A DNA stretch of 63,526 nt, filler included, from Octopus bimaculoides (Eukaryota): NCBI RefSeq assembly GCF_001194135.2. It is 4 parts of 4 records of this genome, joined end to end, with 100 filler letters (N's around TTAATTAATTAA, not from the genome) between each part and the next. Parts side by side here need not be neighbours in the genome. Positions count along the whole stretch, not along the records: positions 1 to 24,986 come from NC_068987.1; 3 more parts are not named here. One strand, given 5' to 3'. The position numbers were made by a program, and so were the translations under genes. A model generated the notes under the pieces. The model saw only the letters and a list, made by a program, of their open reading frames with translations, had not been told where the DNA came from and did not search any database. Of the stretch, positions 1 through 10,989 are shown piece after piece (position 1 is the stretch's first letter; each line of letters begins with the position of its first letter).

Positions 1-110
1 AATTTTTGATGAAATTTTCGATGAAAATTTTTGATGAAATTTTTGATGAAAATTTTGATGAAAATTTTTTGATCAAAATTTTTGATGAAAATGTTTGTTG
101 AAATTTTTTT
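1..110. repeat. Degenerate 12-14 bp tandem repeat (AAAATTTTTGATG)n
   Basis: About 8 imperfect copies visible at the window start. Confidence 0.8.
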
Positions 111-355
111 GACGGATATTTGTCCTCATCTTGTTTGTTGTTAGCACAATGTTTTGGCTGATATACCCTCCAGCCTTCATCAAGTGTCTTGGGGAAATTT
201 TGAACCTGGGTTCGCATTCCTAAGGTATTTTTCGATGTTGTTGTCGTTATTATCATTATTCAGGTCACTGCTTGGAATTGAACTCGGAATCTTGAGGTTA
301 GTAGCCTGCGCTCTTAACCACTATGCCATATGCCCACGGGCAAATGGCGTAGTGG
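111..355 (-). mobile_element. tRNA-headed short retroposon carrying a decayed hammerhead-like motif
   Basis: Minus strand has an A box (TGGCATAGTGG) and B box (GAGTTCAATTCC) in a tRNA-like head at about 261-337. A hammerhead-like fold lies at 143-188, and an 18-bp inverted duplication of the 5' end at 318-335/338-355. Confidence 0.65.
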
Positions 356-394
356 TGTGTGATTAATTATAGAACTGCAAGAATCTACCTTCAT

Positions 395-940
395 CAAAGT
401 TATTCCATACATCATCCTGTGATGCATCTGGACACATGATCATTGATGTTTCCTGGGATTGTTAGATATTTGAGTTTTCAGCATCAGACATGCTCTTCCA
501 GGTGACCCAGCTGGTGTTGAATAAGCCCCAATTTGTGTCCAGTTTCCATTATCCCTGGTAGCACTGCTCCTTCCAGGGCTTACATCTCCTGATCCACAGG
601 CAACTTGAGACAACCTCTGCTGCCTTCACAATCAACTTGATGGCCTTCTCTTTACTTGGTCCTGTGGTACTTTGCATCACAAGGGCCAGTAACCTTTCTT
701 GAGGGATTGGCCTGCAAACCCTCTGCATCCCACCTCGATGGGATCATACCTTGTTCATCACCTGTTACTTTCGTATAACTCCACTAACTCAACAGATTTC
801 CTCCTCTTACTAATGTTTGCCTCCTAGATGCAATCCTCCAAGGGAACAGAGAATCCTTACAGCTTCCTGTTGATCTCTGCAGATTTACCGAAATTTTAAA
901 CACTGCTTCCTGAATAATTCAATATATATAATGTATACAT
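395..940 (-). mobile_element. HERO-clade non-LTR retrotransposon, 5'-truncated decayed copy (RLE endonuclease C-terminus + 3' UTR)
   Basis: Minus-strand decayed translation SVPLEDCI*EANISKRRKSVELVE...PIEVGCRGFAGQSL...KEKAIKLIVKAAEVVSSCLWIRR fits the HERO ELTVPWEE/EVGCRGF/AAE.ASRWLW signature. Flanked by the 15-bp direct repeat AGAATCTACCTTCAT at 380-394 and 941-955 (putative TSD). Confidence 0.8.
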
Positions 941-1477
941 AGAATCTACCTTCATTTTATTATGTTCTATCACATTCAGTTATCTCGTAATATAGATAGA
1001 CTAAACTTTAGCCTTATAACTCAAATCAAGTGGGCTTATTTTTTTTATTTCTTGTACTTCGTACTCAATGTTACTGAAAAAAAAAAAAAAAAGAAGGAAG
1101 AAAGAAAAAAAAACTTGTGAAAATAATGATAAAAATTAATTTTCAATTCGTAATCAAACCACTGTGGTTTATATTACCTGAGTTCGAACGAAAGAAAAAG
1201 ATAGATGTGATTAAATACTGATTGATCACTGTTGAAACATTTAACTTTATAACACTTACATTATCAGTATGCAGTGGAGAGATTGGTGGGTTGGTGGGTG
1301 GGTGGGGATAAATTACTGGCCTTTTTCAGCATATTTAAATTATAGGTAGTTTGATCTAAACGAATGTTCTTGCATAAACACATGCACACACATACACATT
1401 AATATGCATATGTATTTACATACATACACATATATGTTAATATATGTATGTACATTCATACATACATACATTGTGAA

Positions 1478-1795
1478 GGCGTGTGGCTTAGTTGTTAGGG
1501 CATTTGGCTCGTGATTATAAGGTCGTGAGTTCAATTCCCGGCGATGCGTTGTGTCCTTGAGCAAGACACTTTATTTCATGTTGCTCCAGTTCACTCCACT
1601 GGCAAAAATGAGTAGTACTTGTATTTCAAAGGGCCGGCCTTGTCACGCTATGTGTCATGCTGAATCTCCCTGAGAACTACGTTAGGGGTACACGTGTCTG
1701 TGGATTGCTCAGTCACTTGCACATTAATTTCACGAGCAAGCTGTTCTGTTGATCATATCAGCTGGAACCCTCGTCATCATAACCGACGGAGTGCT
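1478..1795 (+). mobile_element. tRNA-derived SINE, family A (central GTGTCCTTGAGCAAGACACTT domain)
   Basis: A/B-box head GGCGTGTGGCTTAGTTG...GAGTTCAATTCCC. Related copies at about 20247-20626 (different head) and about 48339-48646 (diverged). Confidence 0.8.
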
Positions 1796-1826
1796 CCTTT
1801 TACATAGACATACATACATACATATA

Positions 1827-2852
1827 CAGGGTGGGTAAAATGTAAGTAAGCATTAAAAATTGGTAATAAAATCCANNNNNNNNNNNNNNNNNNNNNNNNN
1901 NNNNNNNNNNNNNNNNNNNNNNNNNNNNNNNNNNNNNNNNNNNNNNNNNNNNNNNNNNNNNNNNNNNNNNNNNNNNNNNNNNNNNNNNNNNNNNNNNNNN
2001 NNNNNNNNNNNNNNNNNNNNNNNNNNNNNNNNNNNNNNNNNNNNNNNNNNNNNNNNNNNNNNNNNNNNNNNNNNNNNNNNNNNNNNNNNNNNNNNNNNNN
2101 NNNNNNNNNNNNNNNNNNNNNNNNNNNNNNNNNNNNNNNNNNNNNNNNNNNNNNNNNNNNNNNNNNNNNNNNNNNNNNNNNNNNNNNNNNNNNNNNNNNN
2201 NNNNNNNNNNNNGTCTTCAAGTCCTCCAGTGTGTGAAGTTTTGTCTTGTACACCTCCTCTTTTGTGTAATCCCACAGGTAAAAATCACATGGAGTGAAAT
2301 CTGTACGTTTTGGAATTCTGAATTTCTGGACTTCTGCAGTCACAGTCTTCAGGTTTTAGCTCCTGGACATAATGGGGTTTCCAAGGACAAAAATTCAATT
2401 CTTTATGCAACACCGTACGTATTGTGTGTCTTGTTAGTCGAGACACACAATACGTATGAGCTATCTGACATGTTGATTCTTATGGGCTGTGATTAAACAT
2501 TTTCTGCACTGTTGCCATATTCTCCACTGATCAAGATGTGGTTGGATGGCCACTTCTTGCATCGTTCACAAAGCCCATGGTCATCGGCTTTGCATGGCAA
2601 CTTTTTATTGTCTCCGGACGTAGTGTTGCATGCTTACTTTTCCATGCGTGTCACCATCTCTGAACCAAAACAATGGAATTCCACACTTCATAGCGAACTG
2701 TTATCTTAGCTCGCTCCTGAACAGTCAAGCAACTGGCCATCTGGAAAATAAGAAAAAAGAAATTAGACAATAAGAAAATAAGAAATCCCCATTAGTGTTG
2801 TCTGTTTAAAAAAATGTCTTCGTCATAAAAATTCTACTTTCCATCCACCCTG
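1827..2852 (-). mobile_element. Tc1/mariner DNA transposon (DUF4817-type transposase), internally deleted and decayed
   Basis: TIRs CAGGGTGG...CCACCCTG with TA on both sides (1825-26, 2853-54). Minus strand reads MASCLTVQERAKITVRYEVWNSIVLVQRW*...RSGHPTTS*...RHTIRTVLHKELNFCPWKPHYVQELKPEDC, then jumps to RTDFTPCDFYLWDYTKEEVYKTKLHTLEDLK. Contains an N gap. Confidence 0.88.
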
Positions 2853-4019
2853 TATATGAGCTTTTATATTTTCAGGTAGTATATAGACTTAGGAGTGGCT
2901 GTGTGGTAAGTAGCTTGCTTACCAAACACATGGAGATCTTTCTTGGTGCAATCCTATGGTTATTCAAGACCAAAGGGGGTCTCCTCTATTATATCCAACC
3001 CAACATGAAATCATCAAACCTAATATGTGGTGAGTTGGCAGAATCATTCGCAGAATATTGTCCGTCTTAGCATTCTGAGTTCAAATTCCACTGAGGTCGA
3101 CTTTGCCTTTCATCCTTTCAAGGTGGATAAATTAAGTACATGTCAAGCATGGGGGGGGGGGTATGTGGGTAGGGGGTTGGCTATGTAATTGACCTACCCC
3201 CATCCCCACAAATTTTTGGCCTTATGCCAAAATTTGAAACCATTAAAGTGGCAATATGGCAGAATTGTTACCATGCAGGGGCAGAATGCTTAGTGGCATT
3301 TCATCCATTCTGAGGTTTTGATTTCAAATTCTGCTCAGGTTGTTTATATCTTTCATCTTTTCAGGAGTCGATAGAATAAGTACCAGTTTAGTGCTGGAGT
3401 TGNNNNNNNNNNNNNNNNNNNNNNNNNNNNNNNNNNNNNNNNNNNNNNNNNNNNNNNNNNNNNNNNNNNNNNNNNNNNNNNNNNNNNNNNNNNNNNNNNN
3501 NNNNNNNNNNNNNNNNNNNNNNNNNNNNNNNNNNNNNNNNNNNNNNNNNNNNNNNNNNNNNNNNNNNNNNNNNNNNNNNNNNNNNNNNNNNNNNNNNNNN
3601 NNNNNNNNNNNNNNNNNNNNNNNNNNNNNNNNNNNNNNNNNNNNNNNNNNNNNNNNNNNNNNNNNNNNNNNNNNNNNNNNNNNNNNNNNNNNNNNNNNNN
3701 NNNNNNNNNNNNNNNNNNNNNNNNNNNNNNNNNNNNNNNNNNNNNNNNNNNNNNNNNNNNNNNNNNNNNNNNNNNNNNNNNNNNNNNNNNNNNNNNNNNN
3801 NNNNNNNNNNNNNNNNNNNNNNNNNNNNNNNNNNNNNNNNNNNNNNNNNNNNNNNNNNNNNNNNNNNNNNNNNNNNNNNNNNNNNNNNNNNNNNNNNNNN
3901 NNNNNNNNNNNNNNNNNNNNNNNNNNNNNNNNNNNNNNNNNNNNNNNNNNNNNNNNNNNNNNNNNNNNNNNNNNNNNNNNNNNNNNNNNNNNNNNNNNNN
4001 NNNNNNNNNNNNNNNNNNN

Positions 4020-4059
<40 letters not shown>

Positions 4060-4083
4060 CTTAGTTTGAATAGTCAAATTTAT

Positions 4084-4290
4084 GGCGAGGTAGCAGAATC
4101 GTTAGCGCATCGGACAAATGCTTAGAGGCCTTTCGTCTGGCCCTTTACCTTCTGAGTTGAAGTTCCACCGACGTCAACTTTGCCTATCATTCTTTCGGGG
4201 TCCATAAAATAAATATCAGTGAGTACCGAGATCGATGTAATCGATTTCTCCCTCCGATTAAAATTGCTGTTTGTACCAAAATTTGAAACC
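4084..4290 (+). mobile_element. tRNA-derived SINE, family C (AAGGCGGCGAGCTGGCAGAA head)
   Basis: Repeats with GTTCAAATTCCGCCGAGGTCGACTTTGCCTTTCATCC. Other copies: about 3030-3400, 5583-5785 (+), 6100-6332 (-), 7955-8283 (-, two partial), 12925-13176 (-), 31215-31375 (-), 37320-37510 (-), 53417-53635 (+). Confidence 0.8.
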
Positions 4291-5313
4291 CTGCCGTTGA
4301 TTACATGTAAATTAGCAATTACCGTGCTTATGCTTTTATTATTTAAATTAAAATAAAAGCAAAGATTATTTATCAGTTAGTAAAACACAGCGCAGACTTC
4401 AAAGCACTCTAATCATAGTATCCAATTTCGATCTGCAAAGTTATATTAAAAAGACCGGCCTACAATCGACTTGGGTTTTCCACCCCAACCCCGAGTTGTT
4501 TCAATAAAATACCTGTTTTGAGCTCAGGTCCATTCTATTGGCTATGCTATAGTTGTTGTTTTTAGCACATCCCACGGCCACCTGATACCTTCTTCGTTTC
4601 TTTGTCACTCTGACACTAATGCTTTTCAATATTTCTCTCCCCATAAACACATTAATGGAATAATGATGCACCCAAGAGTGGTCTGTTGCTGGGATTTAAG
4701 CAAAAAATCGGACTGTCCGTATTTTAAGTACTGATGATAAGAAGTGTGTTTCCCAATCACATGATTTTGGGTTCAGTCCCATTGTGTGGCATCTTGGGCA
4801 AGTAACTTCTACTATAACCCCAGGCCATTAGGTCAACTGAAGCCTTGATGATCTAGTTTGTGTGTGTGTGTGTGTGTGTTAGTGTCTCCTTTTGTTCGGC
4901 ATTGTGATAGTTGTGTCACTATCATGGAAGCAGTGTGATTCATCTCAAATCATCATCATCATCATCATCGTTTAATGTCCATTCTCCATGCTGGCTTGTG
5001 TTGGACAGTTTGACTGAAGTCTGGAAAGCTTGCGGCTGCACCAGGTTCCAATCTGATTTGGCAATATTTCTACAACTGGATGCCCTTCCTAACGCCAACC
5101 ACTCCAAGAGTGTCGTGGGTGCTTTTTACATGCCACCAGCACAGGAGCCAGTCAGGCAGCCCTGGCATCAATCACGTTCAGATAGTGCTTTTTATATGTC
5201 ACCGTCAAAAGAGCCAGTCAATGGGCACTGGAATCGGCCAAATTCTTTCATGAAAATATTTTTTGAGGATATTTATTGATACATTCACAGACCAATATTT
5301 CTTTCTTTTTCAG

Positions 5314-5487
5314 CTTACCGCAAAGAACTGGCTGATGTGAAACAACAGCTTGTGGAAACGGAACAGCTACTGCAAGATGTGTTAAAGAGACAGAGTGCTT
5401 TAGTACAGAAAAAGGAGGAGTTGGAGACAATTCTGAGAGAGAGTAGTTCAAAACCAAAGAAAGATGGCAAAGACTGGAGTTTAACAG
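5314..5487 (+). CDS. RECQL: RecQ1 helicase, first identified coding exon (N-terminal coiled coil; phase 1-1)
   Basis: Acceptor ttctttcttttcag|CT and donor ACAG|gttcat. Reads xYRKELADVKQQLVETEQLLQDVLKRQSALVQKKEELETILRESSSKPKKDGKDWSLT, which resembles the RECQL N-terminal coiled coil and splices in frame to D-F-K-W of the next exon. The donor is non-optimal. Confidence 0.8.
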
Positions 5488-6600
5488 GTTCATAGCCCTA
5501 GTTTATTTGTTTCAGCCGTCTATTAACACCTTCAGTATCTGTGAAATGTTCTGGTCCACCTCTTATTGTTATCCTACCATTTAAGGCAGCGAGCTGGCAG
5601 AAACGTTAGCACACTGGATGAAACGCTTAGCAGTATTTTGACCATCCCTATGTTCTGTGTTCAAATTCCGCTGAGGTCGACTTTGCCTATCATCCTTTCA
5701 GGGTCAATAAATCAAGTACCAGTTGAGTAGTGGAGTTGATGTGATCAACTATCCCCCTCCCCCAATTTTCAGGCCTTGTGCCTATTCTTTTATTCATTTG
5801 TTTTTTTTTCAGTAATTTGACTGAATAATTATACAAAAGGGCTTGGTCAAAATTTTAACTTTTAATGATGGATTATTCAGAGTGTTGATTGGAGTGTGGC
5901 CATGGTGGAGCACCTTCTTGAAGGGTTTTAGTTGAACAAATGGACACCTGTACATCTGCTACTCATTCTGTTGTTCCTCACCTTGCTGAACTACTAAGTT
6001 GCAGACATGTAAATAAACTAACACTAGTTGACAAAGTGTGTGTGNNNNNNNNNNNNNNNNNNNNNNNGGGGGGGGGGTTAGTGGACACACACAAACACAC
6101 ATTTCTTTATTGTCCTCAAGGGGCTAAACACAGAGGGGACAAACAAGGACAGACAAACGGATTAAGTCGATTAGATCTACCTTAGTATGCAACTAGTACT
6201 TAATTTATCGACCCCGAAAGGATGAAAGGCGAAGTCGACCTCGGTAGAATTTGAACTCAGAACATAACGGCAGACAGAATACTGCTAAGCATTTCGCCCA
6301 GCATGCTAACGATTCTGCCAGCTCGTCGCCTTTCATACACACACACACACAGGCGTGCATGCATGCACATGCGCGTGCACACATACACACAAATACTTGA
6401 TGGGCTTCCATACAGTTTCCATCTACCAAATCCACTCACAAAGCATTGTTCAACCTGGCGCTATAGTGGCAGATACTTGCCCAAGCTGGCATGCAGTGGG
6501 ACTGAACTTGAAATCACGTGGTTGCAACGCAAACTTCCTAACCACACAACGTTTTATATAACTTAATCTTTTTTTTTTTTTTTTTTTTTGCCTTTTTCAG

Positions 6601-6780
6601 ATTTTAAATGGAGTTTGAAATTAAAAGAAAAAATGAAATCTGTTTTCCATATCGACAAGCTTCGACCTTTGCAGATGGAAACGATGAATGTCACTATGGT
6701 TGGAGAGGACTGTTTGCTTATTATGCCAACAGGTGGCGGGAAGAGTCTCTGCTTTCAACTTCCTGCTCTCATTAGTAATG
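6601..6780 (+). CDS. RECQL: RecQ1 helicase exon with motif 0 and motif I (Walker A)
   Basis: ttttcag|ATTTT...AATG|gtaagc. Encodes [60 protein letters not shown], matching RecQ1 [16 protein letters not shown]. Confidence 0.97.
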
Positions 6781-7502
6781 GTAAGCTCTGTGATTCATTT
6801 ATAAACTGATTGAATTGTCATCATTGTGATGTTTCACATCCATTTTCGTCCACAGACAAAAATCATCATTGGTTAATAATGTCCATTTTTTTTCATGAGT
6901 CAGGTGAAATTTGTTGTTGAAGAGAATATTCTACAGCTGGATGCTCATCCTGTTGCCAACCCACACCTGTTTTTCCAGTGAGATAGTATTTCCCTATGAC
7001 CAGACATGTTTTCACATGAAGATTGCATGATAGAAATTCATTTTCAACTACCACATGAAGTCAAGGCAAGGAGATGCACAAGCTTGTGTGCACACACACA
7101 TACACACAGAGCACATTTTGTGAAGTGTTTGGCATTAGGAAAGGCATCCAACTGTAGAAATCAAGCCAAACCAGATTGGAACCTGGTGCAGCTCTCCAGG
7201 TTACCATCTCTAGTCACTCTGTCCAACCCATGCGGTATGAGAAATGGACATTAAATGACGGTGATGATATCTTTTTTAATGTCCACTTTTTCTTGTATAC
7301 ATGGATTGGATGGAATTTACTGTGGTGGCTTTTCTATGGCTAGCAGTGCTTCTTATTACCAACCTTCACCTGTTTCCAAGCAAGGTAATATTTCCACATG
7401 ATCGGACAAATTTTCACGGAAGACTGGAAACAAAGAACATCTCTTCCATGATGGTGACACTTGTTTACAACTATCATATAATGTCAAGGCCAGGAGACAA
7501 TA

Positions 7503-7544
<42 letters not shown>

Positions 7545-8648
7545 TACTCATCATCATCATTATTTAACGTCTGTTGTCCATGCTAGCATGGGTTGGATGG
7601 TTTGACCAGAGCTGGTAAACTGAGAGGCTGTATCAGACCCCAGTCTGATTTGGCATGGTTTCTATGGTTAGAGACCCTTCCTAATGCCAATATTATGGAG
7701 GTATTTCAGTTTCCACCTACCGTATCCACTAACAAGGCTTTGGTTGGCCTAGGACTTGTAAAGGATACTTTCCCAAGCTCCCACACAGTGGAACTGGACT
7801 CAAAACCATGATTGGAAAGCAACCTTCTTAACCATACAGCCACAAGTTGGCCGGAGACCTCCTAGACTTTGTGGCCCTAGACTTCAGCCTGTCAAGTCAG
7901 CAGATAAATCCGGGCAGTAAATAAAATATTGGTAACTACAATATTCTTTTCTACCCTAGATCTACCCCAGTATGCAACTGGTACTTAATTTATCGACCCC
8001 GAAGGGATCAGCAAAGTCGACCTTGGTGGAATTTGAACTCAGAACGTAAAGACAGACGAGAAATATTCTTTTCTATTCTAGGCACAAGGCCCAAAATTTT
8101 CTGGGAGGTGGGACCTGTCGATTAGATCAACCCCAGTACAAAACTGGTACTTAACCATTGACCCTGAAAGGATGAAAGGCAAAGTCGACCTTGGCGGAAT
8201 TTGAACTCAGAATGTAAAAGATAGACGAAATACCTGCTAAGCATTTCGCCCGGCGCTCTAACGTTTCTACCAGCTTGCTGCCTTATTTTTGGTAACTATT
8301 GCTATAGTAATATTGTATTTAGAAAGAACATGAAAATTTGCTTCAAATCGAAGAAATCAACAAGAAAGAAAAAGTTTTATCAGAAATTAAAATGTGTCTG
8401 ATATTAGTAGTGTATGCTGTAGTTGCTTTCCAAGTTATACATTAATGAATTATTGTTAATTTGGCAATTAATTAGTATTGATAATAGTGTAAAACTTTTG
8501 AAGACATCGGAAGAAAAAAAAAAAAAGTTGCACAAGGGAAATAACTCTTGACATGGTAATGGGAAACAACTCTTGTATATTATCATTATAAACACATTTA
8601 AAAATAAGAAAATATTTTTTAAAAATGCAAATCATTATTTTGGATATA

Positions 8649-8893
8649 CAGTAATCCCCCGGCTATCGCTGGTCTTATGTTTCAAAACCTCGCATAGAAA
8701 TAATTAAAATCTAAAAAAATCTAAATGCCTATCGGCCGCAGAAACCAGGATGTACGGAGGAGTCCGCGATATAAATTTACATCAGCATGGCTGCAGCTCT
8801 AAGCTGAAACTATAAACGATATATATTAGCAAGAAAAATCCGCGATGTACTGAGGGCGTGATAGGTGAACCGCTATATGGCAAGGGATTACTG
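8649..8893. mobile_element. pogo/Tigger-like MITE
   Basis: Terminal inverted repeats CAGTAATCCC...GGGATTACTG flanked by TA on both sides. 245 bp, non-coding. Confidence 0.75.
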
Positions 8894-9393
8894 TATTCAT
8901 ACTTTATTTTTCTGTTTTGTATGATCTAGATGTGAGACCATGTAGTGAAACGTGTTTTTTTTCTCTGCCAGATCAGATTGGAGCCTGGTGCAGCCATCTG
9001 GTTCGCCAGCCCTCAGTCAAATCGTCCAGCCCATGCTAGCATGGAAAGCGGATGTTAAACAATGATGATAATGATGATGATATTCATATTTGTATTAATA
9101 TTAGTAATTACTAATATTACTTATCACGTACTTAGCCATTGTAAAAAGCTCTACTCACCTCGCCTGTACTTGTGCCACTTAAAAAAAGCACTAAGTCTAC
9201 TCTGCTGAGTGGTTGGTGTTAGAAAGGGCATCCAGCTGTAAAAATCCTGTCAAAACAGCCACAGAAGTCTGGTGCAGGTTTCGGCCTGGCTGGCTCTTGT
9301 GGTACTGTCCCACCCATGCTAGCATGGAAGACGGACATTCAACGATGATGATGATGGTGATGGTGATGATTTGTTTGTTTATTTAAATTCCAG

Positions 9394-9699
9394 GTATCAC
9401 ATTAGTCGTTTCTCCACTGATATCTCTCATAGAGGACCAACTGGTTGCTCTAGAGAACCTTAATATCGAGGCAAACACATTAAATTCTTCGACAGAGAGA
9501 ACAGAAGCAACAAGAATCATGAACGCCATGTTGGATAAAGACAACCCTTTAAAAATATTATATGTGACTCCAGAAAAACTGGCCAAGAGCAAACGGTTTA
9601 TGGCAAAGCTTGAAAAAATGTACCAGATGGGAAGATTTTCTAGATTGGTTATTGATGAGGTTCATTGCTGTTCTCAATGGGGTCATGATTTTCGTCCAG
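9394..9699 (+). CDS. RECQL: RecQ1 helicase exon with motifs Ia and II (DEVH) and aromatic loop
   Basis: ttccag|GTATC...CCAG|gtatgt, 306 bp, phase 1-1. Encodes GITLVVSPLISLIEDQ...LKILYVTPEKLAKSKRFMAKLEKMYQMGRFSRLVIDEVHCCSQWGHDFRP. The PEKLAKSKRFM and CCSQWGHDFRP strings are typical of the RECQL subfamily. Confidence 0.98.
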
Positions 9700-10339
9700 G
9701 TATGTCCACTTTCTCTTATTTGAAAGGTGTATTTTTTTTTTTTTGCGTATGAAAGTTATTATTGACAAAATTTTTTGAGTGATGATTTTTGTATCCTGTT
9801 TGTTTGTTATAGGTGCAGACTTGGTCATGTTTTTACTTTTTTCTTGTTTTAGTCATTTGACTACGGCCATGCTGGAGCACTGCTTTTAGTCAAACAAATT
9901 GACCCCAGAAGTTATTCTTTGCAAGCCTAGTACTTATTTTATTGGTCGCTTGTGCCGCACCGCTAAGTTACAGGGATGTAAACACATCAACATCAGTTGT
10001 CAAACACGATGGTGGGGGGACAAGCACAGATACATAAATATATATATATATAAATCGGACATTAAACAATGATGATATATATATATATATATATANNNNN
10101 NNNNNNNNNNNNNNNNNNNNNNNNNNNNNNNNNNNNNNNNNNNNNNNNNNNNNNNNNNNNNNNNNNNNNNNNNNNNNNNNNNNNNNNNNNNNNNNNNNNN
10201 NNNNNNNNNNNNNNNNNNNNNNNNNNNNNNNNNNNNNNNNNNNNNNNNNNNNNNNNNNNNNNNNNNNNNNNNNNNNNNNNNNNNNNNNNNNNNNNNNNNN
10301 NNNNNNNNNNNNNNNNNTATATTTATATATATATATATT

Positions 10340-10825
10340 AAGCCTCACCAAGGCAATGACTTGTGACCGAGACCTTTGGAAATATGCTGTGCGTGAGAAG
10401 ACCTGGCAAGCCAAGTGAGACCAAAATCCAAGGCCTCTGCCAGGGGTGTAGCCAGCCCACTTATGCGTACCTTCCTTCATTGGACACTAAACTCTGCTTC
10501 CGAAGACCTGTTGAGGCAAGTGAAATCGAAATCGAACTAAATCTGTAGACTGGCACCCTTGCCATCGACTCTTTCATTGAACACTAAACTCGGCTTGCGA
10601 AGACCTGCTGGGGCAAGCGAAAGCGAAATCGTGATGGCATCTTTACCAGTAGATCACTAAGCACCATCCGAGCGTGATCGTTGCCAGAGCAGCTGTCTGT
10701 CTTCCATGCCGGTGGCACGTGAATAGCACCATTTGAGTGTGATCGTTACCAACGTTGCCTTCCTGGCACTTGTGCCAGTGGCACGTGAAAAGACATTCGA
10801 ACGAGATTGTTGCCAGTACCGCAAC
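10340..10825 (+). mobile_element. RTE-type LINE 3' end plus 3' UTR
   Basis: Begins with the ORF terminus (LTKAMTCDRDLWKYAVREKTWQAK*), the same family as 18741-19597. Continues into the UTR containing TGGCAC-rich repeats. Confidence 0.7.
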
Positions 10826-10951
10826 GATTTAGAAATTCTTTTTGCTACCAGTGGTCTAGCGAGAAGAAAAAACTAGTCAATAGACTATATATTATTCATA
10901 TAAATACATACAGTGTACAATTAAACACATAAGAGAAACAAACATATATAG

Positions 10952-10989
<38 letters not shown>

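Noticed and set aside
261-337. Functional tRNA genes at SINE heads (here and in families A, B and C)
   Set aside because: A/B boxes are present, but the acceptor stems are incomplete and each head is fused to repeat bodies, so these are SINE heads rather than tRNAs.
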